From contig CBDCUI010000008.1 in the NCBI GenBank assembly GCA_965222615.1, positions 128,001 to 192,000 on the forward strand: a DNA stretch of 64,000 nucleotides, read 5' to 3'. The notes below the pieces were generated by a model. That model did no database searches and had not been told where the DNA came from. It saw only the letters and a program-made list of their open reading frames with translations. This document shows, piece after piece, positions 10,160 through 20,775 of the stretch. The stretch is from Gammaproteobacteria bacterium. Lineage in GTDB: Bacteria; Pseudomonadota; Gammaproteobacteria; UBA4575. How positions within the stretch are numbered: position 1 is the stretch's first letter; each line of letters opens with the position of its first letter. A program made the translations under genes and the position numbers.

Positions 10160-12073
10160 TTATATATAAAACTTTTTATGTAATCTGCGCGCCTGAGCAG
10201 GCCAATTATCACGAGCAATACGACCACGATAACTTCCAAGTTTGCTATCTATTAGCTCGATATCTTTGCGGTTTAATCCTGCGATCTGTTCAAAATGGTA
10301 AATACCAAGACGGTGTAATTTACGTTCCAATTTGGGGCCTACACCAGTGATAAGTTGTAAATCATCTAGATCGCCAGTTGGACGTTTCATTCCCAAAGGT
10401 TTTATTTTTGTGCGGCGAGTGGCTGGCTTTTTATTGGTTTTATTGTTTTGTTTTTTAGTATAGGTTCCACCACGCATTAAAATGCGTGCCTGTTCAATCC
10501 ATTTGTCACGATCGATACGACCCTTGAATTTAAGCATGTTATCAACGGCAGCAACATCTTTACGTGTGAATCCCGCAATTTGTTCAAAGTAATAAATGCC
10601 ACATTTGTTTAAAGTCTTTTCCAGTACTATGCCCACTCCCGATATGAGCTTGAGATCATCGGGTTTTCGACTTGGTTTATTTAAACCATAGGGCTTCATT
10701 TTGCGTTTTTTAGGCGCACTTTTAATAGTCTCGCGTTCTTTTGGCTCATGTATAGCAGCTATTGGTACTACTTTTTTAGCTTCTTGTAGTTGTTTTTCGA
10801 GATCATTAATTTTTTGGTCCCGTCTACGGAGATCATCTCTTAGCGGGTTGTTTTGTTGCTGGGCTTGGAATAATTGCTTTTCAACATTTGTAATCCTTTC
10901 GTTTCGTCTATCTATAGAGGCTTCTAGAGACGTAATTTGTCCTTGCAGCGTGCCGAGCTCATTTTCTAGTGAGGAGATTCTGTTGTCTTTTATTCGAATG
11001 TCTTCTTCCAAGGAGGGGACACGTTTATTTGCATCTTCTAACCTATCTTGTAGGCCACGCATGAATGTTTGAGAGTTCGTTGTTTCGGCTTCTAGTGACT
11101 GAAATTTTTTGCGCTGGTTCTCCAAGGTTTGCTTTAATTCGATTATCTCATGATCACGCTTCTCTAGATTAGAGCGAAGTAAAATCATTTCTGCTGATTG
11201 TTGTTGTAACGCAGCTAAATTTTGTTTATGTGTTTTTATTTCATTTTCAAGAGGTATCAGCCTTGACTTAGCAGTTTCAAGCTCAGCCTGCAATGATTTT
11301 TGTTTAGCATTGCTACTTTCAAATTCTTTTTTTAAGTTAGTAAATAATAAAGCTTGGTTATTAAATTCCTTATCACGTGTAGTTAGTTGTGTTTGTAGGT
11401 TTTCAAGCTCTTTGTTTAAGGCATGATTACGCTCAGTACTTTGCTGAAGCTGCAGCTTCAATTCACTAGTTTCGACATGTTCTTTACGTACTGAACTTAT
11501 CTTTTTGTCGCGGCTTTCCAATTCTTGGTGAAGGGAACGATTAAGCTCTAATGTAGTTTTGAGTTGAGATTTCAAATCATCAATTACAGTAGGTGTTTTA
11601 CGTAATGCAACGATTTCATCTTCACGTTTCCCTAGCTCAATATTGAGTAGGTTATTGCGTTCAGTTATTTTACCAAGCAGGGCCTTTAATTCATCTGTTT
11701 CAGAAGGCTTCCGGCGTGTTTGTTCAATGAACTCAGCTTGTTTTTTAGAATGCTCGATGGCAATACTTAGCTTGGTTTTTAAGTCATCACGGTTGGCTTT
11801 CAGCGTCTCAAATTGATTACGTAATGATTCCAATTTATCTTCCAATAGTTCTACTTGAGAAGTACTAGAGCTTAGATCACTTTCTTCTAAAGTATCCGCT
11901 TGCATTCGATATGGCTGAAAATCCTGGCTTATATCTTCGTAATGTACATATTCATTAGTATTTTGTGCAATAGCTTGCTTTCTAAAATTGTTCCAAATAT
12001 ACCAAATTAATAAAAGCCCCAATAACAAAGAGAAACTAACGTAAATTAAATTTTGGGATACGAGATAGGACAT
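10160..12073 (-). CDS. Membrane-anchored long coiled-coil protein with two C-terminal HhH-like (COG3743-type) modules
   Basis: N-terminal TM helix, long heptad-rich E/K/Q/L region, two DDL.LI.GVG...L...GIY.FEQIA....GRI.RD.W..QA modules. Confidence 0.75.
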   Translation of the reverse strand: MSYLVSQNLIYVSFSLLLGLLLIWYIWNNFRKQAIAQNTNEYVHYEDISQDFQPYRMQADTLEESDLSSSTSQVELLEDKLESLRNQFETLKANRDDLKTKLSIAIEHSKKQAEFIEQTRRKPSETDELKALLGKITERNNLLNIELGKREDEIVALRKTPTVIDDLKSQLKTTLELNRSLHQELESRDKKISSVRKEHVETSELKLQLQQSTERNHALNKELENLQTQLTTRDKEFNNQALLFTNLKKEFESSNAKQKSLQAELETAKSRLIPLENEIKTHKQNLAALQQQSAEMILLRSNLEKRDHEIIELKQTLENQRKKFQSLEAETTNSQTFMRGLQDRLEDANKRVPSLEEDIRIKDNRISSLENELGTLQGQITSLEASIDRRNERITNVEKQLFQAQQQNNPLRDDLRRRDQKINDLEKQLQEAKKVVPIAAIHEPKERETIKSAPKKRKMKPYGLNKPSRKPDDLKLISGVGIVLEKTLNKCGIYYFEQIAGFTRKDVAAVDNMLKFKGRIDRDKWIEQARILMRGGTYTKKQNNKTNKKPATRRTKIKPLGMKRPTGDLDDLQLITGVGPKLERKLHRLGIYHFEQIAGLNRKDIELIDSKLGSYRGRIARDNWPAQARRLHKKFYI

Positions 12074-12797
12074 TAATAATTTCCCTTGCTAGATAAAAAT
12101 GGTGGGTTACGAAAAGGTTTCATTTATCAATTATAACGTAAGCTGTCATAAATTTGTCATGCTACAAACATTAATTTGTATTTTTTTATCATAAAGTATT
12201 TACACGTTAGTTGGCACTAAATGAAAAACGAATTGTTCAAAAATTGTTCGTTGGTTGAGTTGTAATCAATTGTGCAGGTTCGAATTCATGGTAGCGAATA
12301 TTTTTTTATGAAACTAAACTCACGCACCAATGACTTAGCATTAATTCCTAATGTAGTTCGGCAAGCTTCTATCTTGCTTTCATTTATATAATAGAAAAAT
12401 ATTCATCAACTGGAAAAAATTCGTAACGTAAACGTAAAAAAATCTTCATGGCTTGGTAAAACTGTTTACACAGAAACGACCTACCCTATCGTTTTTGCTA
12501 GAAATAACCAGAAAGATGAGAAGCGCATGTCCAACATTTACCGCAATGATCATGATAATGATATTTGTAACCAATCGGGGGATCGACCATTTGCTCTGGT
12601 CATAGTTTTATTACCTATGCATAGAAAAATCACAGTGGTTTAGTAGACTTCCTACCTGTGGCGCTAGCAGATTCAGATGGTTGTTTATTTATTCAAACAG
12701 ATGGTGGTATTGTTGGCTCCTAAGTCCCGTGATTACTACAATATAAATATAACTATAGTATCTTCGAAGTAAAAGCCTTGCATGTGTCGGAGTTTTT

Positions 12798-13157
12798 TTA
12801 TGATGCAGTAGCAGACCACACTGCATATTCATTTCCGTTTGGATCACTAAAGTGAAAGCGACGTCCCCCTGGAAAAGTGAATATTGGTTTAAGTATTAAA
12901 CCTCCTGCACTTTCTATTTTAGTTTGTGTCTCTTCCAATGAGTTGCTGTAGAAAACAATTAGTGCGGCACCGTTATTTGTAGAAGAAAATTTATCTGATT
13001 TAAAAAAACCTCCATCAATACCTTGATTTGTAAAGGCTGTATAGTCCGGGCCGTAATCAGTAAAAGACCAGTTAAATATGGTTGTGAAGAATGTTTTTGT
13101 CGCTTCTATATCTTTAGCAGGAAATTCCACGTAGTCAATTTTTTCATGTACATTCAT
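12798..13157 (-). CDS. VOC/glyoxalase family protein
   Basis: IDYVEFPAKD...FF...F.W; FPGGRRFHFSDPNGNE. Confidence 0.9.
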   Translation of the reverse strand: MNVHEKIDYVEFPAKDIEATKTFFTTIFNWSFTDYGPDYTAFTNQGIDGGFFKSDKFSSTNNGAALIVFYSNSLEETQTKIESAGGLILKPIFTFPGGRRFHFSDPNGNEYAVWSATAS

Positions 13158-13566
13158 AAAGTTTTCCCATTTCTTTTACAGAGCATTGAATGAGCCTTTC
13201 TAATATTCTTAAATCGATGTCAGCCAGATTTTTTATGTATAGGCAGGAAACACTGGTTTTATGTTTACCAATCTTTTTCAGCAAAGATTTATATTTAGAG
13301 AAGCCGGGTATAATGTAAATGGTCAAATTTTGTTTGCGGGGCGAAAACCCGGTTACGAACCAATCACCTTCGCGTCCTGATTTATATATATAGTGGTATT
13401 TTCCAAAACCAATAATACTATCTCCCCACATTTTGGCACGCTTGCCAGTAATTTTCCGCATCATTGAATACAACAGTTTGCAATCATCACGTCGGGATTT
13501 ATTTTCAATGGACTTGATAAATGCCGTAACACTTGCCGTGGTAGGTTTTGTTTTTAGCTCTACCAT
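13144..13566 (-). CDS. DUF1801 (YdhG-like) protein
   Basis: MWGDSIIGFGKYHY.Y.SGREGDW...GFSPRK, GKHK.SVSCLYIK. Confidence 0.88.
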   Translation of the reverse strand: MVELKTKPTTASVTAFIKSIENKSRRDDCKLLYSMMRKITGKRAKMWGDSIIGFGKYHYIYKSGREGDWFVTGFSPRKQNLTIYIIPGFSKYKSLLKKIGKHKTSVSCLYIKNLADIDLRILERLIQCSVKEMGKLYECT

Positions 13567-13585
13567 ATATTTACGCTTTAAAAAT

Positions 13586-13620
13586 AAAAAAGGCTCTGTC
13601 TAATATAACAGAGCCTTTTT
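13586..13620. terminator. Bidirectional intrinsic terminator
   Basis: AAAAAAGGCTCTGT-loop-ACAGAGCCTTTTT. Confidence 0.75.
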
Positions 13621-13665
13621 ATTTTAGTAGCTTAAAGTTTAGGTCATTAGAGAATTATAAATTGA

Positions 13666-15360
13666 CTACTCCCCTCCCTCACTTAATATTTGAAATAGGG
13701 CACCTAAATTTATCGTGCCGTGTGTATCTGGAGATTGAATACCTTGTAAGTCATTAGGGTCTCCTTCATTCAAGTTTGAAGCCGTATCATCGGGAGGGAA
13801 TAACACTAATGTCTGTAGAAAAGCGAGAATTTTTTGTTGACGATTATCGCCAAGACGCACGTAGGCATTTCTTGACTCAATGGCTTCACCACCGTGGCGC
13901 CTGATTACTGCATCTAAATTGATGCTACGGCCGTCGTGACCATATGGTGCAGTAGAACCCACACCCCAGAGTGGTTCAGTTACAAATTCTTTTACAACTG
14001 TTCCATCAAATTCACGTTCGTGAAATGCAGGTCCTAAGTCATGACGCTTTAAGTCAGAAAAGAAATTTTTAACTACAAACTTTTCCCCAGTTGGTAGAAG
14101 TTTTGGAAATTCGCTTCCATCATTTTCTGGAGTAAATAAAGTAGTAGCTGTCGCAAACAAATCATTAAAAATGCCTTTTCTCGGGTTATACACCGTTTCA
14201 ACGTCAGCGACTCGTCTATCAGTTTTAATAGTTAAATTTGGTTTGTGGCACGTAGTGCAACCAATTTTTTCCATTAGCACACGACCTTGTCTTGCTTTTT
14301 GCGTAACTTTATATCGTCCTGGCTTAAAGTAATTTAGTAAATAAAACTCCATGTGATCAACCAGTGCTGGATCGATTTCATTTACTATTCCATCATTATC
14401 TGCGTCTCCACTTGCATCACACACTGGAGGACGCTCAAACTCATCTAGTTCTGGGTCATATGCAAACCCAGCGGGACTAGTAGCGGCTTGAGGATTATCT
14501 GGATCAGTAACTGCACACAACACGGGATCCCATGCCTGCAAACCCATTTCATCTTTAAATGCACCAATGACAAATTCACGAATCGAAACCGTGCCGCCTT
14601 GATGAAAGAATGGGCGTATACGCAGATCAGCATTAACGCCATCAACTTCAGAAGTATCAACTGAACCATTTGGGCAGGCCGTGATAAATCCAAATGACAC
14701 ATGTTTTGCACGTAATGGAGAGGTTACACAACGATTTCGATTAGCTGCCGCATTAAGAGCTTTGGACCGTGTATCACGCAATCGCTCTGTCATTTCTTCC
14801 GCAAGCTGCTCGACTAGTCCTAAACCAAACAAATGTGGTGCATCTCGGCTATCGGGTCGAGTATTTACATCGCCTCCAAAGCCTGCAGATCCTCTTGGAC
14901 GTCCATGACAGGCTGCACAACTATCTGTAAGCCCTGCGCCCAATGCGCGATTTTGTGTGATATCACCCGTGGACATAAAATTGACACGTGGACCTACGCC
15001 CTCATCGGCAGAAAACTTACGTTGAAAAAGTTGTCGCCCACGACGAATTGATCTTGCAGGATCACGCTTAATTAAATAAACAGCAGAACCGGGTGTATTT
15101 TCATCCCCGTGCCCAGCGCCAATTTGTTCATCCAGTCGTTTTGCAATACAGCCCCCAGGCGCATTTATTGTACCCACAACCTTGTCACAAGGTACTAATT
15201 CTGCATGTACGTTTTGGGTCAATAATAAACCCACAAGCAATGCAGAAGTTATAGCAAAGTAACTTGTAAAAGCTTTGAAGATTAAAGTAGGTAAATATTT
15301 AAAACTATTTTCAGAAAAAACTGGATGATGAATTCGTCTGATACAATTGACTAAGTTCAT
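13666..15360 (-). CDS. Exported di-heme oxidoreductase (DHOR/DUF1111-like)
   Basis: CAACH and CTTCH heme motifs, APHLFGLG, FSDLKRHDLG, TEPLWGVGSTAPYGHDGR, HGGEA; signal ending VHA-E. Confidence 0.85.
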   Translation of the reverse strand: MNLVNCIRRIHHPVFSENSFKYLPTLIFKAFTSYFAITSALLVGLLLTQNVHAELVPCDKVVGTINAPGGCIAKRLDEQIGAGHGDENTPGSAVYLIKRDPARSIRRGRQLFQRKFSADEGVGPRVNFMSTGDITQNRALGAGLTDSCAACHGRPRGSAGFGGDVNTRPDSRDAPHLFGLGLVEQLAEEMTERLRDTRSKALNAAANRNRCVTSPLRAKHVSFGFITACPNGSVDTSEVDGVNADLRIRPFFHQGGTVSIREFVIGAFKDEMGLQAWDPVLCAVTDPDNPQAATSPAGFAYDPELDEFERPPVCDASGDADNDGIVNEIDPALVDHMEFYLLNYFKPGRYKVTQKARQGRVLMEKIGCTTCHKPNLTIKTDRRVADVETVYNPRKGIFNDLFATATTLFTPENDGSEFPKLLPTGEKFVVKNFFSDLKRHDLGPAFHEREFDGTVVKEFVTEPLWGVGSTAPYGHDGRSINLDAVIRRHGGEAIESRNAYVRLGDNRQQKILAFLQTLVLFPPDDTASNLNEGDPNDLQGIQSPDTHGTINLGALFQILSEGGE

Positions 15361-15824
15361 GCTCCCCCTCCCTAAATGAAAGTTGTCGTCATAAACACAT
15401 ACTGCTGTAACTACTGATTTAAGAATTTAATAAAATATTAGTTAATGATTAGTTAAAATTATTTTTTATATTCTCAAGCAGTTATATTGTTTTTTTATGG
15501 TTATTAATTTTTATATGTCTTTAAACATATTTTATCAGCGTAAACAAAGCTATCGTAATTATTCAAATTTAGTCAAGCAATAATTAGTATGTAGTAACAC
15601 CCTCTAATTAGTAACTTACATAGGTGTAATTAAAGTCTTTGTGTAACGAACTAAAAAATAGTGATTTTTATAATTTTTATAAATACAAGTGAATGTAATT
15701 CTAATTGTTAATTAATGTAAATCTAAATTACTTAGTATGTTTAAGAGTTAGTTGATGCAAAGTTTTAATAGAAAATTAATGGTTATTGAAAACTAATAAC
15801 AATTAGGTGTTGCTATGTTTTCAG

Positions 15825-16478
15825 TTATACATGTTTTAGTTTTTTAAGTTGATTATTGGCCCATCTTTTCCAATCTTTCGATATCTTATCTACTTTAAGT
15901 ATACGTTCAATTTCCGCATGATCTTTTGTGTAGATACGAAACACATCACGAACACTGAGATCATGATCAGGTCTTTCAATTACGTTGATCTTATCTCCAC
16001 AGCCGATATCACCTTCTTTAATAATTCGAAGATAAGAACCGGGTCGCAAAGCTTGAGTGAATTTTCGTGGAAAGGTTTTGTCATTCATGCGTACGCCCAA
16101 TCGCCAGCAAGGAATACGTGGTTCGGAAACTTCAAGTACGGTATTACCAACTTCCCAGCGTTCTCCCACCAGGGCATCGTTTACTTCAATACCTTGTGTT
16201 GTAATGTTTTCACCAAACTCGCCATATACAAGTGCACGACCGACTTGTTGTCCCCACCACAATAGGTCTTCACTCGCATAGGCATAGATTGCCTTATCAT
16301 AACCTCCATGAGCTTTACGGTCCGCTTGATCATCGCCATCCATATTTACGCCTCTAGCCATAACTCGACCTAAAATAGGAGTTTTCCAAATCGCACTTTT
16401 GGCAATGCGCCCCTTGTATTCAAATTCCTTAGGGGTGCCGACATTCACTGAAACAATTTTCGCAATAGTGTTTTTCAT
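15825..16478 (-). CDS. yiiM: MOSC domain protein (YiiM-like) with 3-alpha tail
   Basis: GDDQADRKAHGG.DKAIYAY, FGENIT, EPRIPCWRL. Confidence 0.88.
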   Translation of the reverse strand: MKNTIAKIVSVNVGTPKEFEYKGRIAKSAIWKTPILGRVMARGVNMDGDDQADRKAHGGYDKAIYAYASEDLLWWGQQVGRALVYGEFGENITTQGIEVNDALVGERWEVGNTVLEVSEPRIPCWRLGVRMNDKTFPRKFTQALRPGSYLRIIKEGDIGCGDKINVIERPDHDLSVRDVFRIYTKDHAEIERILKVDKISKDWKRWANNQLKKLKHV

Positions 16479-16579
16479 AGATGTTTATTTTACGCCTTCA
16501 CAGATTTGCAGATGTAGTCCAATTTTCATGTGCAAGGAGTATCATCCTAATTAGCCTGGTTGCTAGCAGGAGTAGAACA

Positions 16580-17959
16580 ATGAATAAAAAGTACGATGCC
16601 ATCGTAATTGGTGCAGGGCAGGCAGGGCCCTCATTAGCTGCACGTCTTACCTCAGAAGGATTAAAAACTTCCATTATTGAACGCCATTTATTTGGTGGCA
16701 CTTGTGTTAATACAGGTTGTATCCCCACCAAAACATTGGTTGCCAGTGCACGCGCTGCGCATATGGCGCATCGAGGTAATGATTTCGGAGTGAACATCAC
16801 TGGTGACATACACGTTGATATGAAGAAGGTAAAAGAACGTAAAGATGGGGTAGTACAACAGTCTAATCAAGGCGTGACGGGTTGGATGAAAAATATGGAA
16901 AACCTGGATGTGTATGAAGGTCATGCACGGTTTGAAAGTTCAAATATAGTTACCGTGAACGAAAATCTATTAGAGGCTGAAAAAATATTTATCAATGTCG
17001 GTGCGCGAGCACGTGTTCCAAAGATGGATGGCTTGAATGATATTGATTACTTTACCAACTCCAGCATCATGGACGTGGACTATCTACCCGAACACCTTAT
17101 CATTATAGGGGGTAGTTACATTGGTTTGGAGTTTGCTCAAATGTATCGACGTTTTGGCAGTGCAGTCACAGTAGTTGAAATGGCGAATCGATTGATTCCT
17201 AGGGAGGATCCAGATATTTCTCAAGCTGTGTTAGAGATTCTTGAAAACGAAGGTGTAGAAATAAGATTGAATGCAGAATGTATAAGCTTTGCAAAGGGAC
17301 AAAACAATATTGCAGTAAAGGTAAGCTGTAACGAAGAAATGCAAGAGTCGATGGGCAGTCATGTGTTACTGGCCGTTGGGCGGGTTCCCAATACGCATGA
17401 CTTAGGTTTGGATAAAGCGGGTGTAGAGGTCAATCAATTTGGCATGATTGAAGTAGACGACGAGCTTAAAACCAATGTTCCAGGTATTTGGGCCATGGGT
17501 GAATGTAATGGGAAAGGGGCATTCACTCACACCTCGTATAACGATTATGAAATCGTTGCGGATAATTTATTTGCTACAAAAAAACGACGCGTCAGTGACC
17601 GCATTCTATGCTATGGCTTATTTATTGATCCACCGCTTGGGCGCGTAGGTTTAACTGAGGCCCAAGTACGTGAATCGGGAAACAAGGCATTGATTGGGAA
17701 AATGCCCATGTCACGCATTGGTCGCGCGAAAGAGCGCAGTGAAACACAGGGCTTTATGAAAGTCGTGATTGATACAGAAACCGAACAAATACTAGGAGCT
17801 GCTATTTTGGGCATAGGAGGGGATGAAATCATTCATTTATTTATTGACAATATGTATGCCAATAAGCCCTATCACGTCATTAAAAATGCAGTGCATGTAC
17901 ATCCAACAGTTTCAGAATTAATCCCTACGATGTTGCAGAATTTAAACCCGCTTGAATGA
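16580..17959 (+). CDS. Class I pyridine nucleotide-disulfide oxidoreductase (MerA/RclA-like, no C-terminal Cys pair)
   Basis: IGAGQAG, GGTCVNTGCIPTK, GGSYIGLE, HPTVSE; AGGAG SD supports ATG at 16580. Confidence 0.9.
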   Translation: MNKKYDAIVIGAGQAGPSLAARLTSEGLKTSIIERHLFGGTCVNTGCIPTKTLVASARAAHMAHRGNDFGVNITGDIHVDMKKVKERKDGVVQQSNQGVTGWMKNMENLDVYEGHARFESSNIVTVNENLLEAEKIFINVGARARVPKMDGLNDIDYFTNSSIMDVDYLPEHLIIIGGSYIGLEFAQMYRRFGSAVTVVEMANRLIPREDPDISQAVLEILENEGVEIRLNAECISFAKGQNNIAVKVSCNEEMQESMGSHVLLAVGRVPNTHDLGLDKAGVEVNQFGMIEVDDELKTNVPGIWAMGECNGKGAFTHTSYNDYEIVADNLFATKKRRVSDRILCYGLFIDPPLGRVGLTEAQVRESGNKALIGKMPMSRIGRAKERSETQGFMKVVIDTETEQILGAAILGIGGDEIIHLFIDNMYANKPYHVIKNAVHVHPTVSELIPTMLQNLNPLE

Positions 17960-17974
17960 TGCAAATCTCAAAAA

Positions 17975-19051
17975 TTATTTGGTTTGTAAATTTTCGGAGT
18001 AGGGTAATCTTTCCATTAAATAACAAAGACAGTCCTGACGGATAATGGTTTCATCTAATGTGATCATCGCTGGCATCATAGATTTAGAAAGCATAATGTG
18101 TTGGTCGTCTATATAAAATAAATGTTCACCAACCTCTTCATCATCGTCATTATAGGCAAATAAGCGAGCATTATTGTTTGACTGAATAGTGCCAAAACAA
18201 GTATTCGCAGGGATTTCAGAAAAATTCATTCTGTCTAGCTCTTTATTAAATAGAATATCAACATTTTTGTCTGAGAAACTAAACGAAACATCACTTGGAA
18301 TTTTAACGCGTGCAATGGTATGAAATAGATTTATGTCTTGTGGTAAAACGGGATCATTCGAAATCTCTTGCATATGTAAAATTGCTTCTACATATCCCAA
18401 GGCGTGTATGATTCCGCTAGCAGAATCAGATTTACCGCATTCCAGTGTTACTGCAGGACACAGTTTGCTAAATGCCATAGATTGTACACCTTTTGGCGCT
18501 AAAAAATATACGACGGTGGGCCCAAACAAGGAAGCCATACGTAAAAATTGGTTTTCCAGTTTATTGATACAAGCATAATGTGGGTTTAAGCCAGTGTTGT
18601 TGTGTATATCAATGCTTGCGAACAGATTTCTAGTTTTCATTTCATTCACAATATCTTGCATTAATATAGTTTCTTGTGAAAACGGTGCAATGGTTCCTGG
18701 CCAAATGCGATTGTAATCAGGTTGATTGTCTAAAAACCGCTTGCTAAAGCGTGCTGCTTGGGTATTACCGAAATAAATAGATACAGAACGTGGTAATGTT
18801 GAATGCCGGTATTTTTTTAATAATTCTTGAATTACATAAAATCCAGTGTTCTCATTGCCATGCAATAATATGCTAATGAATACCGTCTCTGGTTTCTTTC
18901 CTGGTAAATGTAATAAGGTGTGTCCAGGAAATAAGGTATATAGCTCTTCACAGCCGATTTCTAATAGCTGTTGTGGGTAATTCTCTACTTGTTGTAGTTC
19001 TAAGCTATTCAATGTAATTATTCTTGTGTTGGAGTAAGCTCGGTACTCCAA
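17975..19051 (-). CDS. M14 metallopeptidase / succinylglutamate desuccinylase-like protein
   Basis: LLHGNE, DYNRIWPG, IDIHNN, TLECG; exact start uncertain because it overlaps the upstream gene. Confidence 0.85.
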   Translation of the reverse strand: MEYRAYSNTRIITLNSLELQQVENYPQQLLEIGCEELYTLFPGHTLLHLPGKKPETVFISILLHGNENTGFYVIQELLKKYRHSTLPRSVSIYFGNTQAARFSKRFLDNQPDYNRIWPGTIAPFSQETILMQDIVNEMKTRNLFASIDIHNNTGLNPHYACINKLENQFLRMASLFGPTVVYFLAPKGVQSMAFSKLCPAVTLECGKSDSASGIIHALGYVEAILHMQEISNDPVLPQDINLFHTIARVKIPSDVSFSFSDKNVDILFNKELDRMNFSEIPANTCFGTIQSNNNARLFAYNDDDEEVGEHLFYIDDQHIMLSKSMMPAMITLDETIIRQDCLCYLMERLPYSENLQTK

Positions 19052-20460
19052 GTATGAACGGGTTCTCCGCTTTGTTGAAGCCGTTGATACGCTTGAGTTA
19101 ATTCCGTCATATCACATTGATGTCTAGCAACGTAGTTGCGTTGCCAATTTGCCCCGGTTTGTTGCGTTTCAATGCGCGCAGCAATGATAGACATAAATTT
19201 TTCAATGTCAGTGGATGAGATTTTTAACAGCGCCAAGCCTTGCTTGGCTTGTGGCAATAAAGTATCACGTAACAGCTCGACAGGCGCCATCTGTTTACCA
19301 AACCAATGAATAGGATGTTCAAAACTGTGTACAGCTGCAGAATAAAAATTAGCTTTTACCTCATCAAATGTTGGTAGGGCATGATTGTTTTTAAATTGTT
19401 GGGCCCAATAATGTTGTAAGCCATAAAAAAATGCAGCGTTTGCGAGCATATCAATAACTGTTGGACCTGCAGAAATTGCACGGTGCTCTATTCTTATATG
19501 TGGTTGCCCCGCATTATCAAAGCCCAATAATGGTCGATTCCAACGCCAAATCGTACCGTTATGTAAACGCAAGTGTGCAAGGGTGCCATCATCATTTTCA
19601 ACAGTAGGCAACAAGATATAAAATGCTTCGAGATTTTCTTGAAAACATTCTATTATTGAATCATGCGCGAACCCACTTCCAAAACTTACTCGTTTGAAAG
19701 GCGCATTTGGGTTTGCCGTATCGATAGATTGTTCAAACAAAGGAATTCTGGTTTCACTCCATAAGTTCTTTCCAAACACATAAGGGGAGTTTGCGGTAAT
19801 AACTACTAATGGTGCCGAAATCATCAATGCGGCATTGTAATAGTAATGTGCGTGTTGAGCCGGGACTTGAGTATGTATTTGAAAAGATGTAGTAGAGGCC
19901 TCTAACATCACATTGTGACTACGTACATCAAGCAGCTCATGGCCTTGAATATATAAATGTACAGGTTTGCCACCACGCCGCGCCATGATCTGGTCATTTA
20001 AAGCTCGATATCGCTTCATGTCAGACATGGATTGCGCATTAAGATCGGCTAACTTTAGAGTTGGTAATGTGCCAATCATCAATAACGAAGTTGGGTCATT
20101 CAATTTTTTGGCAACATTCTCAGCATTACTCCATGTAGTTAGCATTTCTTCGTAAAAATCAGAAAATACAGAAGTAGTTAAATTACGCGGGACATTGTTA
20201 AACTCAAGATTAAAGCGTGCTAATTCAGGTGAAGCTAATGGATTATTAAATCGTTCTAAGAACTCTTTGTTTACAGGAGCTGGTGCTAAAGATCTACTCA
20301 ATAACCAACTTTCAATCTCAAAACCGCCAACGAGCTTGTTATTTGCTAAAACACCTTGTTCAAACCACGCAATTAACTTGTTGGTTTCGTCCTCTAGATA
20401 GGATTGAAACTGCTCAAAATCTTTTTTAGCAAAAAAGGTCTTTTCAATTTCCTGTCCCAT
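19018..20460 (-). CDS. Glutamate-cysteine ligase family 2 (GCS2) carboxylate-amine ligase
   Basis: GFEIE, ELARFNLE, TSFQIH, ANSPY, ETRIPLFEQ, HNGTIWRWNRP, RIEHR. Confidence 0.88.
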   Translation of the reverse strand: MGQEIEKTFFAKKDFEQFQSYLEDETNKLIAWFEQGVLANNKLVGGFEIESWLLSRSLAPAPVNKEFLERFNNPLASPELARFNLEFNNVPRNLTTSVFSDFYEEMLTTWSNAENVAKKLNDPTSLLMIGTLPTLKLADLNAQSMSDMKRYRALNDQIMARRGGKPVHLYIQGHELLDVRSHNVMLEASTTSFQIHTQVPAQHAHYYYNAALMISAPLVVITANSPYVFGKNLWSETRIPLFEQSIDTANPNAPFKRVSFGSGFAHDSIIECFQENLEAFYILLPTVENDDGTLAHLRLHNGTIWRWNRPLLGFDNAGQPHIRIEHRAISAGPTVIDMLANAAFFYGLQHYWAQQFKNNHALPTFDEVKANFYSAAVHSFEHPIHWFGKQMAPVELLRDTLLPQAKQGLALLKISSTDIEKFMSIIAARIETQQTGANWQRNYVARHQCDMTELTQAYQRLQQSGEPVHTWSTELTPTQE

Positions 20461-20506
20461 GCTTGCCTATGCTACCAGATACGATAACAACACCAAAAAA
20501 TGTAAC

Positions 20507-20520
20507 TTGATTTAAGTCAA
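20507..20520. promoter_or_regulatory. Candidate FNR/CRP-family box
   Basis: TTGATTTAAGTCAA, one mismatch to TTGAT-N4-ATCAA, about 50 bp upstream of the GCS2 start. Confidence 0.5.
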
Positions 20521-20775
20521 ATGAACCCAGAGTTTTAAAACGTATATTTTTAGTACCAGCATGGTCTGTTCTCGCAGAGACCAAAAGAGCAAAAAAGCTC
20601 TAATATCATTTTTATTTCTTTTACAAAAAAAACTTATTACCAGAATATAAAAACTATGCATTCATTGCTGTTTTTCATGCTTTAGTAAACTTATAAATTC
20701 TGTATTTCGTGAAGCAATTCTAGCTCTGTTTGATTTTGCAGATTTATAATTGAGTTAATATATTAAATTAATAAA

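Noticed and set aside
12074-12797. Hidden gene or riboswitch in the 720-bp gap
   Set aside because: Only short ORFs without a convincing SD or family motif, and no riboswitch consensus that I could recognise.
16580-17959. Mercuric reductase merA
   Set aside because: No C-terminal Cys-Cys pair, no NmerA domain and no mer operon genes.
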